A DNA stretch of 60,372 nucleotides from Microcoleaceae cyanobacterium (GTDB lineage: Bacteria; Cyanobacteriota; Cyanobacteriia; Cyanobacteriales; Microcoleaceae), in NCBI GenBank assembly GCA_051652765.1, contig JBOFUV010000106.1:1-60372 (forward strand), given 5' to 3'. How positions within the stretch are numbered: the stretch's first letter is position 1; every line of letters begins with the position of its first letter. This document shows positions 46,705 through 55,161 of the stretch, piece by piece. A program made the translations under genes and the position numbers. Under the pieces are notes generated by a model. The model saw only the letters and a program-made list of their open reading frames with translations. It had not been told where the DNA came from and searched no databases.

Positions 46705-46805
46705 GGCGTTGCTGATTTCAGGGGTGAATTCAGGATGAATGTTTTGTGCAACGCCTATTTAGTGAGCATCCAAAATTGTTGTTCATCTCTTCATTAAGCA
46801 ACGCC
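46705..46805. mobile_element. 101-bp MITE-like element in the psbA 3' UTR
   Basis: Perfect 9-bp TIR GGCGTTGCT...AGCAACGCC flanked by direct AAATTAGC (46697-46704 and 46806-46813). Confidence 0.65.
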
Positions 46806-46820
46806 AAATTAGCTATTCAA

Positions 46821-47903
46821 TTAGCCATTAATTGCAGGAGCAACCAGAGCAATTGGCTCAGACTCAGCAGAGGCTAGGTCTAGGGGGAAGTTGTGAGCGT
46901 TGCGCTCGTGCATGACTTCCATACCCAGGTTGGCCCGGTTGATAATGTCTGCCCAAGTATTGATCACACGACCGCTAGAATCAATGATGGACTGGTTAAA
47001 GTTGAATCCGTTCAGGTTGAAGGCCATGGTGCTAACCCCCAAAGCGGTGAACCAGATGCCAACGACAGGCCATGCTCCCAACAAGAAATGCAAGGAACGG
47101 CTGTTATTAAAGGAAGCATATTGAAAAATCAAACGACCGAAGTAGCCGTGGGCTGCGACAATATTGTAGGTTTCTTCTTCCTGGCCGAACTTGTAACCGT
47201 AGTTGAGAGACTCGCTCTCAGTGGTTTCCCGCACCAGAGAAGATGTCACCAACGAACCGTGCATCGCACAGAACAGAGCGCCGCCGAATACACCCGCAAC
47301 TCCCAACATGTGAAAGGGGTGCATCAGAATATTGTGCTCAGCTTGGAACACGATCATGAAGTTGAACGTGCCAGCAATTCCCAAAGGCATCCCATCAGAG
47401 AAGGAACCTTGACCAATTGGGTAGATCAAGAATACTGCTGTTGCCGCAGACAAAGGAGCTGAGTAAGCAACACAGATCCAGGGACGCATTCCCAAACGGT
47501 AGCTCAATTCCCACTGCCGCCCCATGTAGCAGCAAATGCCAATGAAGAAGTGAAAAACAATCAACTGATAAGGGCCACCATTGTATAACCACTCATCCAA
47601 GCTAGCTGCTTCCCAAACGGGATAAAAGTGCAGACCAATCGCATTAGAGGAAGGAACAACGGCTCCAGAGATGATGTTATTTCCGTACATCAAAGAACCC
47701 GCAACAGGCTCGCGGATGCCGTCAATGTCAACGGGAGGAGCTGCAACAAAAGCAATAATGTAACAGATGGTCGCAGTCAACAACGTAGGAATCATCAATA
47801 CCCCAAACCAGCCGACATAGAGACGGTTGTCGGTAGAAGTGATCCAGTTGCAGAAGCGATCCCACAGATTGGCGTTTTCACGCTGCTGTAGAGTCGTAGT
47901 CAT
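46821..47903 (-). CDS. psbA: Photosystem II D1 protein, standard oxygen-evolving type with Gln130
   Basis: 360 aa; Y161, D170, E189, H190, H332, E333, H337, D342, A344 all present. Confidence 0.99.
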   Translation of the reverse strand: MTTTLQQRENANLWDRFCNWITSTDNRLYVGWFGVLMIPTLLTATICYIIAFVAAPPVDIDGIREPVAGSLMYGNNIISGAVVPSSNAIGLHFYPVWEAASLDEWLYNGGPYQLIVFHFFIGICCYMGRQWELSYRLGMRPWICVAYSAPLSAATAVFLIYPIGQGSFSDGMPLGIAGTFNFMIVFQAEHNILMHPFHMLGVAGVFGGALFCAMHGSLVTSSLVRETTESESLNYGYKFGQEEETYNIVAAHGYFGRLIFQYASFNNSRSLHFLLGAWPVVGIWFTALGVSTMAFNLNGFNFNQSIIDSSGRVINTWADIINRANLGMEVMHERNAHNFPLDLASAESEPIALVAPAING

Positions 47904-47969
47904 AATTTTTTATGAGTGCTAAGTTGAATTTTCAAGGTGCGTTCAGGTAGCAAACTACCGTTGGAAGAG

Positions 47970-47998
47970 ATTATAAGCAGGTACAAATGCTAATTAAT
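47970..47998 (-). promoter_or_regulatory. psbA promoter (TATAAT -10 box)
   Basis: Minus-strand TATAAT at 47975-47970, 66 nt upstream of the ATG; AT-rich -35 region. Confidence 0.6.
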
Positions 47999-48229
47999 AG
48001 TTTTGCTAAAAAAATGTAATATATTCAGTTACGAAGCATTTAGATAGATTAACTTTTTTGAATCCATCACTGATACCCTGGAAGCTATAACCTTGAAGCT
48101 ATAGCGTATGACTGACTTGATTGACTCGGCAAATCAAATTGCTACGGTCTCGAATCAGCGATTAGAGAAAGTCACCCCATTTAAACCCGTAGACGAATAG
48201 TAGACTAACCAACAAACAATCGAATCGCT

Positions 48230-49123
48230 TCAGTGTCTCCAGATAAAATCAGCAATTTTTGGATTCAAGTTGGTGTCTTCTTGGGGAGACTGGAATAAGA
48301 CTGAATGTTGAATTAAAGGCTGAGAGTTGAGTCGTCTCTCAACTCGGCTGGGAATCCCATAGTCATAAACAACATGACCCTGACCCACAATTACAATCAC
48401 CTGATAATCTGGCTTTGATTGCAGGAATCTTGCAATTGTCTCTGCCATTGTTTCATCCCAGAGAACTTGAGCCGCAAAAAAGTGATTAAACTGATTTTCA
48501 TTGTTATCTTCTACGCCATTGTCTGTTTGATCACTATGCTGTTGAAAAATCTCCAACAGCATTTGGCGATAAGGTTCATGATCCATGGAAATCTCTGCCA
48601 AATCAGGAATGTACTCTTGATCTGCTGTTGTTAAGCTTTGTAGTCCTAATTTTGCAACTTTTCGAGTGACTTCGGTTGGGGTATTCAATGCCAAGAGAGG
48701 CAAGTTATTCTGCTGAGCAAACCGCAAAATATCTGCGTAATACTCCCAGGGAAATCCCCAACGTTGTTCATATTGACTATCTTGAATTAACTGCTCCTCG
48801 GTAATTTCTCCAGCTAAATATTGATCCAAAACAAATTGATAGGGTCGCTGGAACATCTCCAAGGCGATCGCAATCCTAGGATTTTCTGCCTGCAACGCTT
48901 GAATGATTCTGAGCTGAGCTTGATGGTCATCCAGTTGATTATGGGTTTCACCCAAATAAACAACATTAGCCTGTTGTAAAGCGTCTAAGATTTCGACTTG
49001 ATGACTTGAAAAAGACTGACTTGGAGCTGAAAATGAAGGATATGCTGAAAAAGCAGAGAGAAAGGCAAATGTAGTTAACCCTAGTAACCAGGAACAGACA
49101 TAATTCAAAACAAAAGGTCGCAT
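48230..49123 (-). CDS. ChaN/PhuW family (haem/iron-uptake-associated) exported protein
   Basis: VVYLGETH, LEMF, AQVLWDETMA, VGQGHV..YGIP; signal-like N-terminus. Confidence 0.88.
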   Translation of the reverse strand: MRPFVLNYVCSWLLGLTTFAFLSAFSAYPSFSAPSQSFSSHQVEILDALQQANVVYLGETHNQLDDHQAQLRIIQALQAENPRIAIALEMFQRPYQFVLDQYLAGEITEEQLIQDSQYEQRWGFPWEYYADILRFAQQNNLPLLALNTPTEVTRKVAKLGLQSLTTADQEYIPDLAEISMDHEPYRQMLLEIFQQHSDQTDNGVEDNNENQFNHFFAAQVLWDETMAETIARFLQSKPDYQVIVIVGQGHVVYDYGIPSRVERRLNSQPLIQHSVLFQSPQEDTNLNPKIADFIWRH

Positions 49124-49296
49124 GAACCAAAGATGTCCTAATAACTTGACGATAGCTTGACAATTAACTTGACGGTTAGCTCAAGCATTTGATCTGAGGC
49201 TATTCTGACCCTAGATTAACGCCAAAAAACGAAAGAAAGCTTGATTCTTTCCCTTGATGATCAGAGAACACAGTAAATGAAGTTAAAAATTAGGGA

Positions 49297-49470
49297 TTAC
49301 TCTTCACTTTTGGGGTTTTCTTGGGTTACCTGAGTTAGGGTAAAATTGCCTCGAAGTGCAGAAAGCAACTGAGGTCTGACTGCTTTTACCCAGCTCTCAA
49401 AGTCAAAGTCTTCTTTCTTGGTGTTTTCTATGTTTTGATTTGGAATTTTTTCTTTGTTTAAGTTATTCAT
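49297..49470 (-). CDS. Small hypothetical protein (57 aa), absent from the ORF track
   Basis: Hand translation: MNNLNKEKIPNQNIENTKKEDFDFESWVKAVRPQLLSALRGNFTLTQVTQENPKSEE*; amphipathic core FDFESWVKAVRPQLLSAL. Confidence 0.6.
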   Translation of the reverse strand: MNNLNKEKIPNQNIENTKKEDFDFESWVKAVRPQLLSALRGNFTLTQVTQENPKSEE

Positions 49471-50004
49471 ACTGAGATGGTTTTTTTTAAATCAAAGATT
49501 TACTTTTTCATTTTGCAACGACTGACCTGAAAATTCAACACCCAACATTAAAGATCCGAATTGAATCAATGCAATATTCAAGAAATTGATCCTGAGCATG
49601 ACGCAAGAGTTCTATAGACTTTGATATAGTATCAGAATTAACTTTTTATTTTCAAATTTTAGTAACCTACTCAGTCGGCAAATCAAGATAATCCGACTTG
49701 AACTGTGAGATTGTAATGTGAGCGGTCTTTCATCTTAGAGTAGTTTCTTCAATGTAGCTCCACAATCATTACAGACTAGGCAGTATGCCTTACTCCCTGC
49801 TTTCTTCTGGATGGCAGAGTTCTTAAGGCTCAAATTTTTGCGCCAAGGAATGCAGCGTGCTCTCATCCATCAACTGACTGGAGCAGGCTAAATTTAACCT
49901 GATTTAAAAGTCAACACAACAGAGGTTGCGATTTCTGAGGAAAGTGTCACAATAATTTACGGTAGTCTAATCATTAAGTTTTGTAATTCACCCGATTCAT
50001 TCCT

Positions 50005-51072
50005 ATGGCTGATCTCCTAACTAGACTGAGTTATCAAGCCCTCCAGCAAGGGAAAAGTTATTTTGGCATCGCTCACAAGACCCTTAGCACTGAAGTGTTG
50101 AAGTGGGTGAATCCTCCAATTCCAGAGCGTATTCCTCAGCCTGTCAACCTTCAGGCACTAAATCAAGTGCGGATCTGGCTAGATGAAATTCTTGAGACTG
50201 ATTGGCAGGATGCGGAGCAGGGAGTTTATCCGGTGTCTGTGCTGTTTGAAAATGCTTGGGGAGATTTTTTGCAGCACTACCCGGCACTTTGGCTCGACAT
50301 GGGTATGATTCAAGAGCGGGCGAATCGCAAACAGTATCAGACGTTTGACTCAGAGATTGATACAGAAGGTTACCCGGATTACTACTTACAAAACTTCCAT
50401 CACCAAACGGATGGCTATCTGAGTGATCAATCGGCTGATCTATATGACTTACAGGTCGATATTTTATTTAACGGAGGAGCCGACGCAATGCGGCGGCGAA
50501 TTCTAGCTCCACTGAAGCAAGGGCTGGCCGAATTTCAGTCTGTTTCTGCAAAGCAAATCCGGGTTCTGGATGTGGCTACTGGCACAGGTCGAACATTGCG
50601 GTACATTCGGGCTGCCTTACCTCAAGCCTCTTTGTATGGTGTTGATTTGTCCCCAGCCTACCTGCGTAAAGCCAACCAACTCCTTTTAGAAATTCCAGGG
50701 GAACTCCCCCAATTAGTTCAGGGCAATGCAGAAGAATTGCCTTATTTGGATAACTACTTTCATGCCGTAACATCGGTGTTCCTATTCCACGAGTTGCCGC
50801 CTCAAGTTCGTCAGCATGTGATTGAAGAATGTTTCCGGGTGACTCAGCCCGGTGGAGTGTTTATTATCTGTGACTCAATCCAAGCAATTGATTTTCCAGA
50901 AATGAAACTGATGTTGGAAAATTTCCCAGTTACGTTCCATGAGCCTTACTATCGTCACTATATTACGGATGATCTAGTCAACCGTTTGGAAAAAATAGGT
51001 TTTCGAAATATTAGGACTGAGAATCATTTTGTTAGCAAGTACTGGATTGCTCAGAAACCGATGGAGCTTTAA
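50005..51072 (+). CDS. Class I SAM-dependent methyltransferase
   Basis: VLDVATGTG, GVDLSPAYL, GNAEELP, FLFHELP; N-terminal YYLQNFHHQTDGYLS. Confidence 0.92.
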   Translation: MADLLTRLSYQALQQGKSYFGIAHKTLSTEVLKWVNPPIPERIPQPVNLQALNQVRIWLDEILETDWQDAEQGVYPVSVLFENAWGDFLQHYPALWLDMGMIQERANRKQYQTFDSEIDTEGYPDYYLQNFHHQTDGYLSDQSADLYDLQVDILFNGGADAMRRRILAPLKQGLAEFQSVSAKQIRVLDVATGTGRTLRYIRAALPQASLYGVDLSPAYLRKANQLLLEIPGELPQLVQGNAEELPYLDNYFHAVTSVFLFHELPPQVRQHVIEECFRVTQPGGVFIICDSIQAIDFPEMKLMLENFPVTFHEPYYRHYITDDLVNRLEKIGFRNIRTENHFVSKYWIAQKPMEL

Positions 51073-51137
51073 ACAGTCGAGCGTTAGATATTGCTAAATA
51101 ATTGCAAAAATAGATTCTAGTTTAGGGAATAGATCTT

Positions 51138-51171
51138 AGCCCCCTTCTCCCAAATTTGGGAGAAGGGGGCT
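51138..51171. repeat. Perfect 34-bp palindrome (REP-like) between convergent genes
   Basis: AGCCCCCTTCTCCCAAA|TTTGGGAGAAGGGGGCT. Confidence 0.9.
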
Positions 51172-51232
51172 GGAAGATGAGGGCTTTAAAAAATTGCTCT
51201 AGAGGATAGGTTTTACAGGAGTGTTTACCTAA

Positions 51233-51250
51233 GGCTCACTACAGTGAGCC
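51233..51250. terminator. Hairpin downstream of the PP2C/small-protein operon
   Basis: GGCTCAC-TACA-GTGAGCC. Confidence 0.45.
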
Positions 51251-51272
51251 CTAGCGTTGAGGTTTGATCAAT

Positions 51273-51494
51273 CTAAGACGGTAAGACACTCCGAATCCAC
51301 CAACCCACAAACATTCCTACTAAAAAAGCCCAGAGTTGGCCGGTTTTCAGCAAGTTATTCCAAGTGTTTTGCAGATTTTCCACTAAGCTTGTTTCAATTG
51401 CCAAAAAGAAATGGTTGAGGGCAAGCTGTTGCCAGCCGTCCATTAGAACATCCTGGTTTAAGGGTAGGTGCGTTAATGTATCAATTACAGTCAT
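51273..51494 (-). CDS. Small membrane protein (73 aa)
   Basis: C-terminal TM helix TGQLWAFLVGMFVGWWIR; GAGGA upstream; overlaps the PP2C gene end. Confidence 0.7.
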   Translation of the reverse strand: MTVIDTLTHLPLNQDVLMDGWQQLALNHFFLAIETSLVENLQNTWNNLLKTGQLWAFLVGMFVGWWIRSVLPS

Positions 51495-52965
51495 GGTGTT
51501 CCTCTCGGGTCGCAACAGGTTGAATCTGCATCACAACTAAAGTCATATCGTCAATATTATGGCTACCGGGGCCAACAAAATGATTCACAGCCTCAAAAAT
51601 ATAATCTAAAATGGCCTGAGACCCACAACAGTTTTCACAGGCCCACTTGAATGAATCTTGCAATCGCTCTTCCTCAAAGCGATCGCCCCGCTGATTTGCA
51701 GCATCTGTTACACCGTCGGTGTAATAGAGAATCGTATCTCCTGGGGCAAGTTGTACCTGAGCCTCATAGTAGCGTGTATCTGCATCCAAACCAATCAACA
51801 TTCCTAGGGTATCAAGCCGTTGCATGACTTGGCTAGTCACTTGCCAAAGGAGAGGGGGGTGATGAGCCGCATTACTGTAGGACAAGGTGCAAGTTGCAGG
51901 ATTATATTCCGAATAGAACAACGTCACAAAGCGACTAGAGGTTTCCAGATCGGCATACATAACTCGATTCAAGTGTTGCAGAATCCGAGCTGGAGAATGG
52001 CGGTTGAGCACCTCTGCCCGCAACATTCCCCGGGTCATCGTCATGATCAATCCAGCCGGGACTCCCTTACCCATTACATCCCCAATCACAATACTCCAAG
52101 GTTGGTCTTGCGCCGTACTTCTGGAGTTCCGAATCTTGGGATTGCGGTTTCCCGGTTGATCAAAATTTGAGGGGATAAAGTCGTAGTAGTCTCCCCCAAC
52201 TCGATTTGCAGTGACACAATTGGCGGCAAGGTCAACTCCAGTAATCGTTGGACATTTGCGGGGCAACAGCCGCAGTTGAATTTCTGCGCCAATTTCCAAT
52301 TCCCGATCCAGTCGTTCTTTTTCCCGCAGAGAAACCGCTAATTCATCATTAGAAATGGCTACGGCTGTTTGATCAGCAATTAAGCGAATCAACTTCTGGC
52401 GAGTCGGTGTCCAACGGTAACTTGAATCATGGCTAAAGACGTAGAGCCGCCCCCGCTCAACGTTGTTGACTAAAACGGCTGTCCCGAACAGCTTGATATC
52501 TGGCCCTAGACAGTGACTCACTTGACAATCCAGGCTTGCAATGTAGGATCGGAGCACGTTGGCTGGGATATGCTCAATCGAATTAGACTGCTGAGTGGTA
52601 ATCTTGCGAGTTGCCAGTTCAATCGCCTGACGAATATCCTGACACTGGCGACCATCTTGACAATGTAACTGTTGGAACCGAAGCTGACCGTTGGGCTTGA
52701 ACAGCACTAACGCCCCACCATCAGCATCCGTAACCCGACTGGCGACCAAGGGCGTTAGCTCCAAGAACTGGTTGAGATTGCTAAAACTGCGAAGGGCAAA
52801 GCCTAATGAACTGAGCAGTTCATTCACACTCTGTTGCTCTCGCTGCAACCGGGCGACCAGCTCCTTCAATGTCATCACTGGGCTAATATCCACAGATTTT
52901 GGCCTAGAAAGCGGATCAGGAACTTGATTAGAAGGATGTGGGAGGGGCAGAGCTGTCATACTCAT
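51481..52965 (-). CDS. GAF + SpoIIE/PP2C (RsbU-like) serine phosphatase
   Basis: EIQLRLLP, VGGDYYDF, IGDVMGKG, YTDGVTD, IDDMT. Confidence 0.95.
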   Translation of the reverse strand: MSMTALPLPHPSNQVPDPLSRPKSVDISPVMTLKELVARLQREQQSVNELLSSLGFALRSFSNLNQFLELTPLVASRVTDADGGALVLFKPNGQLRFQQLHCQDGRQCQDIRQAIELATRKITTQQSNSIEHIPANVLRSYIASLDCQVSHCLGPDIKLFGTAVLVNNVERGRLYVFSHDSSYRWTPTRQKLIRLIADQTAVAISNDELAVSLREKERLDRELEIGAEIQLRLLPRKCPTITGVDLAANCVTANRVGGDYYDFIPSNFDQPGNRNPKIRNSRSTAQDQPWSIVIGDVMGKGVPAGLIMTMTRGMLRAEVLNRHSPARILQHLNRVMYADLETSSRFVTLFYSEYNPATCTLSYSNAAHHPPLLWQVTSQVMQRLDTLGMLIGLDADTRYYEAQVQLAPGDTILYYTDGVTDAANQRGDRFEEERLQDSFKWACENCCGSQAILDYIFEAVNHFVGPGSHNIDDMTLVVMQIQPVATREEHHDCN

Positions 52966-53137
52966 TTCAACCGTGGAAGGACTAACCGGAGAGCAACAGG
53001 AACATAAATTTTAAACTAAGCTCAAGGCGTTAGATCAACTATTGCCTGTAGAGAGCTTAACCCTTAGAAGTAGTATTAAGGTGAGATTCTAGAATTATGC
53101 AACTGATGATTGAAGTTCTCACCATCATAGAGAGGAA

Positions 53138-54856
53138 CTAGCCACTCAACAATGCCTCAATAAACTCATAGCTCGAAAAAGGGCGCAGATCTTCGATACT
53201 TTCACCAACCCCAATAAACCGGATGGGTAGACCCAGTTGCTGAACCACAGCCAAGGCAACACCTCCTTTTGCTGTGCCGTCTAACTTTGTGAGAATGACA
53301 CCGCTAAGTTGGGCAACTTCTGCGAACACTTCTGCTTGACGGAGACCATTCTGACCCAAAGTTGAATCCAAGACCAACAAGGACTCAATCAGCGCATCAG
53401 GTGCTTTTTTATCAATCACCCGCCGGACTTTACTCAGCTCTTCCATCAGGTTTTTTTTATTCTGAAGGCGACCTGCCGTATCCAACAACAGTAACTCTGC
53501 ATTCCGGGACTTTGCTGCTTCAATTGCATCAAACACGACCGCAGCCGGATCAGTATTTTGACCTGGATTGGCAATCACGTCAACCCCACTCCGCTGTCCC
53601 CAGACTTTTACTTGCTCTACGGCAGCAGCTCGAAATGTATCGGCAGCTCCGATTAAGCATCGATAGTCTGACTTGCTAGCGAGATGGGCAATTTTTCCAA
53701 TGGTGGTCGTTTTGCCAGCGCCATTAACCCCTGTAATTAACCAAATATTTAAAGTCTCTTTTTCGGGGGCAAAGGTGGGAGAATATCCGTTCTGGTAAGG
53801 TTTTTCGAGAATGTCCCGCAGAATTTGCTTGAGATAGGCGATCGCCTGTTCTGGCGGTAGGGCTTCTTGACGCAAGCGTTCCTGAAGGGCTGCCACGATT
53901 GTATCCGTAGCTTCAACTCCCACATCCGCTTGGAGCAGCAATGCCTCAATCTCCTCAATGGCTGCCTGATTGAGCGGCCCTTGACCGACAATGGCTTTCA
54001 GTTGGTTCAAGAGGGTGCGTCGGGTGCGTCCCAAGCCCTGCCAGAGTTTGCCCAACCAGGTAATTTCCTCCGCCGAGACTTCATCGGGTCGGCGACCCTG
54101 ACTGGCTAAGACTTCTGCTGACCAGAGGAACCGCTCATCAAAGACAACATCAGGACGATTGGGAAAAGGCTCAGGTATTTCCGGGGTTTTAATCTTCAGG
54201 TCTGGTTCTGGGGCTGCAATGGCAGTTTCCTTCAAGCGTTCAATCCGAGCCTGACGTTCGGCTTCGGCCTTGGCCCAAAAGGGTAAGGTTGCTCCAGAAT
54301 CAGAAGCAGGTTCAAGGTCTGGAGCCTCTTTCAGGGAATTGGCTGCGGTTGCTTTAACTGGAGTTTGAGAGGGGGTTGGGACAACTGCGATCTCCCGTTT
54401 GGGGGGCTCAGCTAAAGTTATGGGTTCTGCAACGTTTTCTGAAGAGCTTTTAGGGACTTCAGAGACTTCAGACTCAATTTCAGGGTGCTCATTAACTAGG
54501 GATTCAGGGCTGAACTCGGCTGCTTCAAGCGTTACTTCAACCATTTCTGCAAGCGGTAGCTGACTGGCGGATTCTGTTTTTTCTACTTCTGTTTTTTCTA
54601 CTTCTGTTTTTTCTGGCCCATGTTGCTGTTTCTGAATATTTTGATAGGCTGCCTTCGCCCACTTCAGATAGTCTTCTGGAGAGGCAGAATCTGTTGGAGG
54701 GTCTGACGGAGCAGTCTTTGGCTGCAGCGATTGGGAGTTAACAGGAACTGAGGGTTGGGCAGAGGCAGGTGGAGTGGATGGGGAGGACTCTTTAGCCGTT
54801 TCCTTCCCAGGCTCCTTATCTGTATCGTATTGACGACGAAACCAATTAAAAACCAT
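53138..54856 (-). CDS. ftsY: Signal recognition particle receptor FtsY
   Basis: GVNGAGKTTTIGK, DTFRAAA, DTAGR, TKLDGTAKGG; acidic N-terminal extension; start at MVFNWFRR. Confidence 0.97.
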   Translation of the reverse strand: MVFNWFRRQYDTDKEPGKETAKESSPSTPPASAQPSVPVNSQSLQPKTAPSDPPTDSASPEDYLKWAKAAYQNIQKQQHGPEKTEVEKTEVEKTESASQLPLAEMVEVTLEAAEFSPESLVNEHPEIESEVSEVPKSSSENVAEPITLAEPPKREIAVVPTPSQTPVKATAANSLKEAPDLEPASDSGATLPFWAKAEAERQARIERLKETAIAAPEPDLKIKTPEIPEPFPNRPDVVFDERFLWSAEVLASQGRRPDEVSAEEITWLGKLWQGLGRTRRTLLNQLKAIVGQGPLNQAAIEEIEALLLQADVGVEATDTIVAALQERLRQEALPPEQAIAYLKQILRDILEKPYQNGYSPTFAPEKETLNIWLITGVNGAGKTTTIGKIAHLASKSDYRCLIGAADTFRAAAVEQVKVWGQRSGVDVIANPGQNTDPAAVVFDAIEAAKSRNAELLLLDTAGRLQNKKNLMEELSKVRRVIDKKAPDALIESLLVLDSTLGQNGLRQAEVFAEVAQLSGVILTKLDGTAKGGVALAVVQQLGLPIRFIGVGESIEDLRPFSSYEFIEALLSG

Positions 54857-54895
54857 TACACTTGGCAGATAAAACTTTATATGGGTGGGCATATC

Positions 54896-54995
54896 GTAAG
54901 CAATCACAAATGATTTATAAGATTTACGTGGTGCGGGCCTTTAGCTTGCGGGCAAGATGCCCGCTCCACGTTTCGCTTCAAATCAGATTGCTATA
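54896..54995. mobile_element. ~100-bp MITE/REP-like dispersed element, copy C
   Basis: GTAAGCAATC...GTGGTGCGGGC..GCGGGCAAGATGCCCGCTCCAC...CAAATCAGATTGCTATA. Confidence 0.7.
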
Positions 54996-55161
54996 TGGAA
55001 TAGATTGAGGAGACATTGGATTGAAAGATTGCTGTAAATCACTTACCTGGTTAACCTGTCTTCTCTCTCATCATTATGATCAATAATTCTGATTACCTGA
55101 TCAGATTATGCTAAATCCTTGGGCAAAATAGGAGACACAATTAAGACTTTAAGAATGGGGA

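Noticed and set aside
46893..47462. 189-aa ORF antisense to psbA
   Set aside because: Shadow ORF opposite a highly biased gene; no recognisable motif
46821..47903. Far-red, rogue or microaerobic D1 (or chlorophyll f synthase)
   Set aside because: All OEC ligands present; G80, F158, M172 and T286 are standard; no FaRLiP genes nearby
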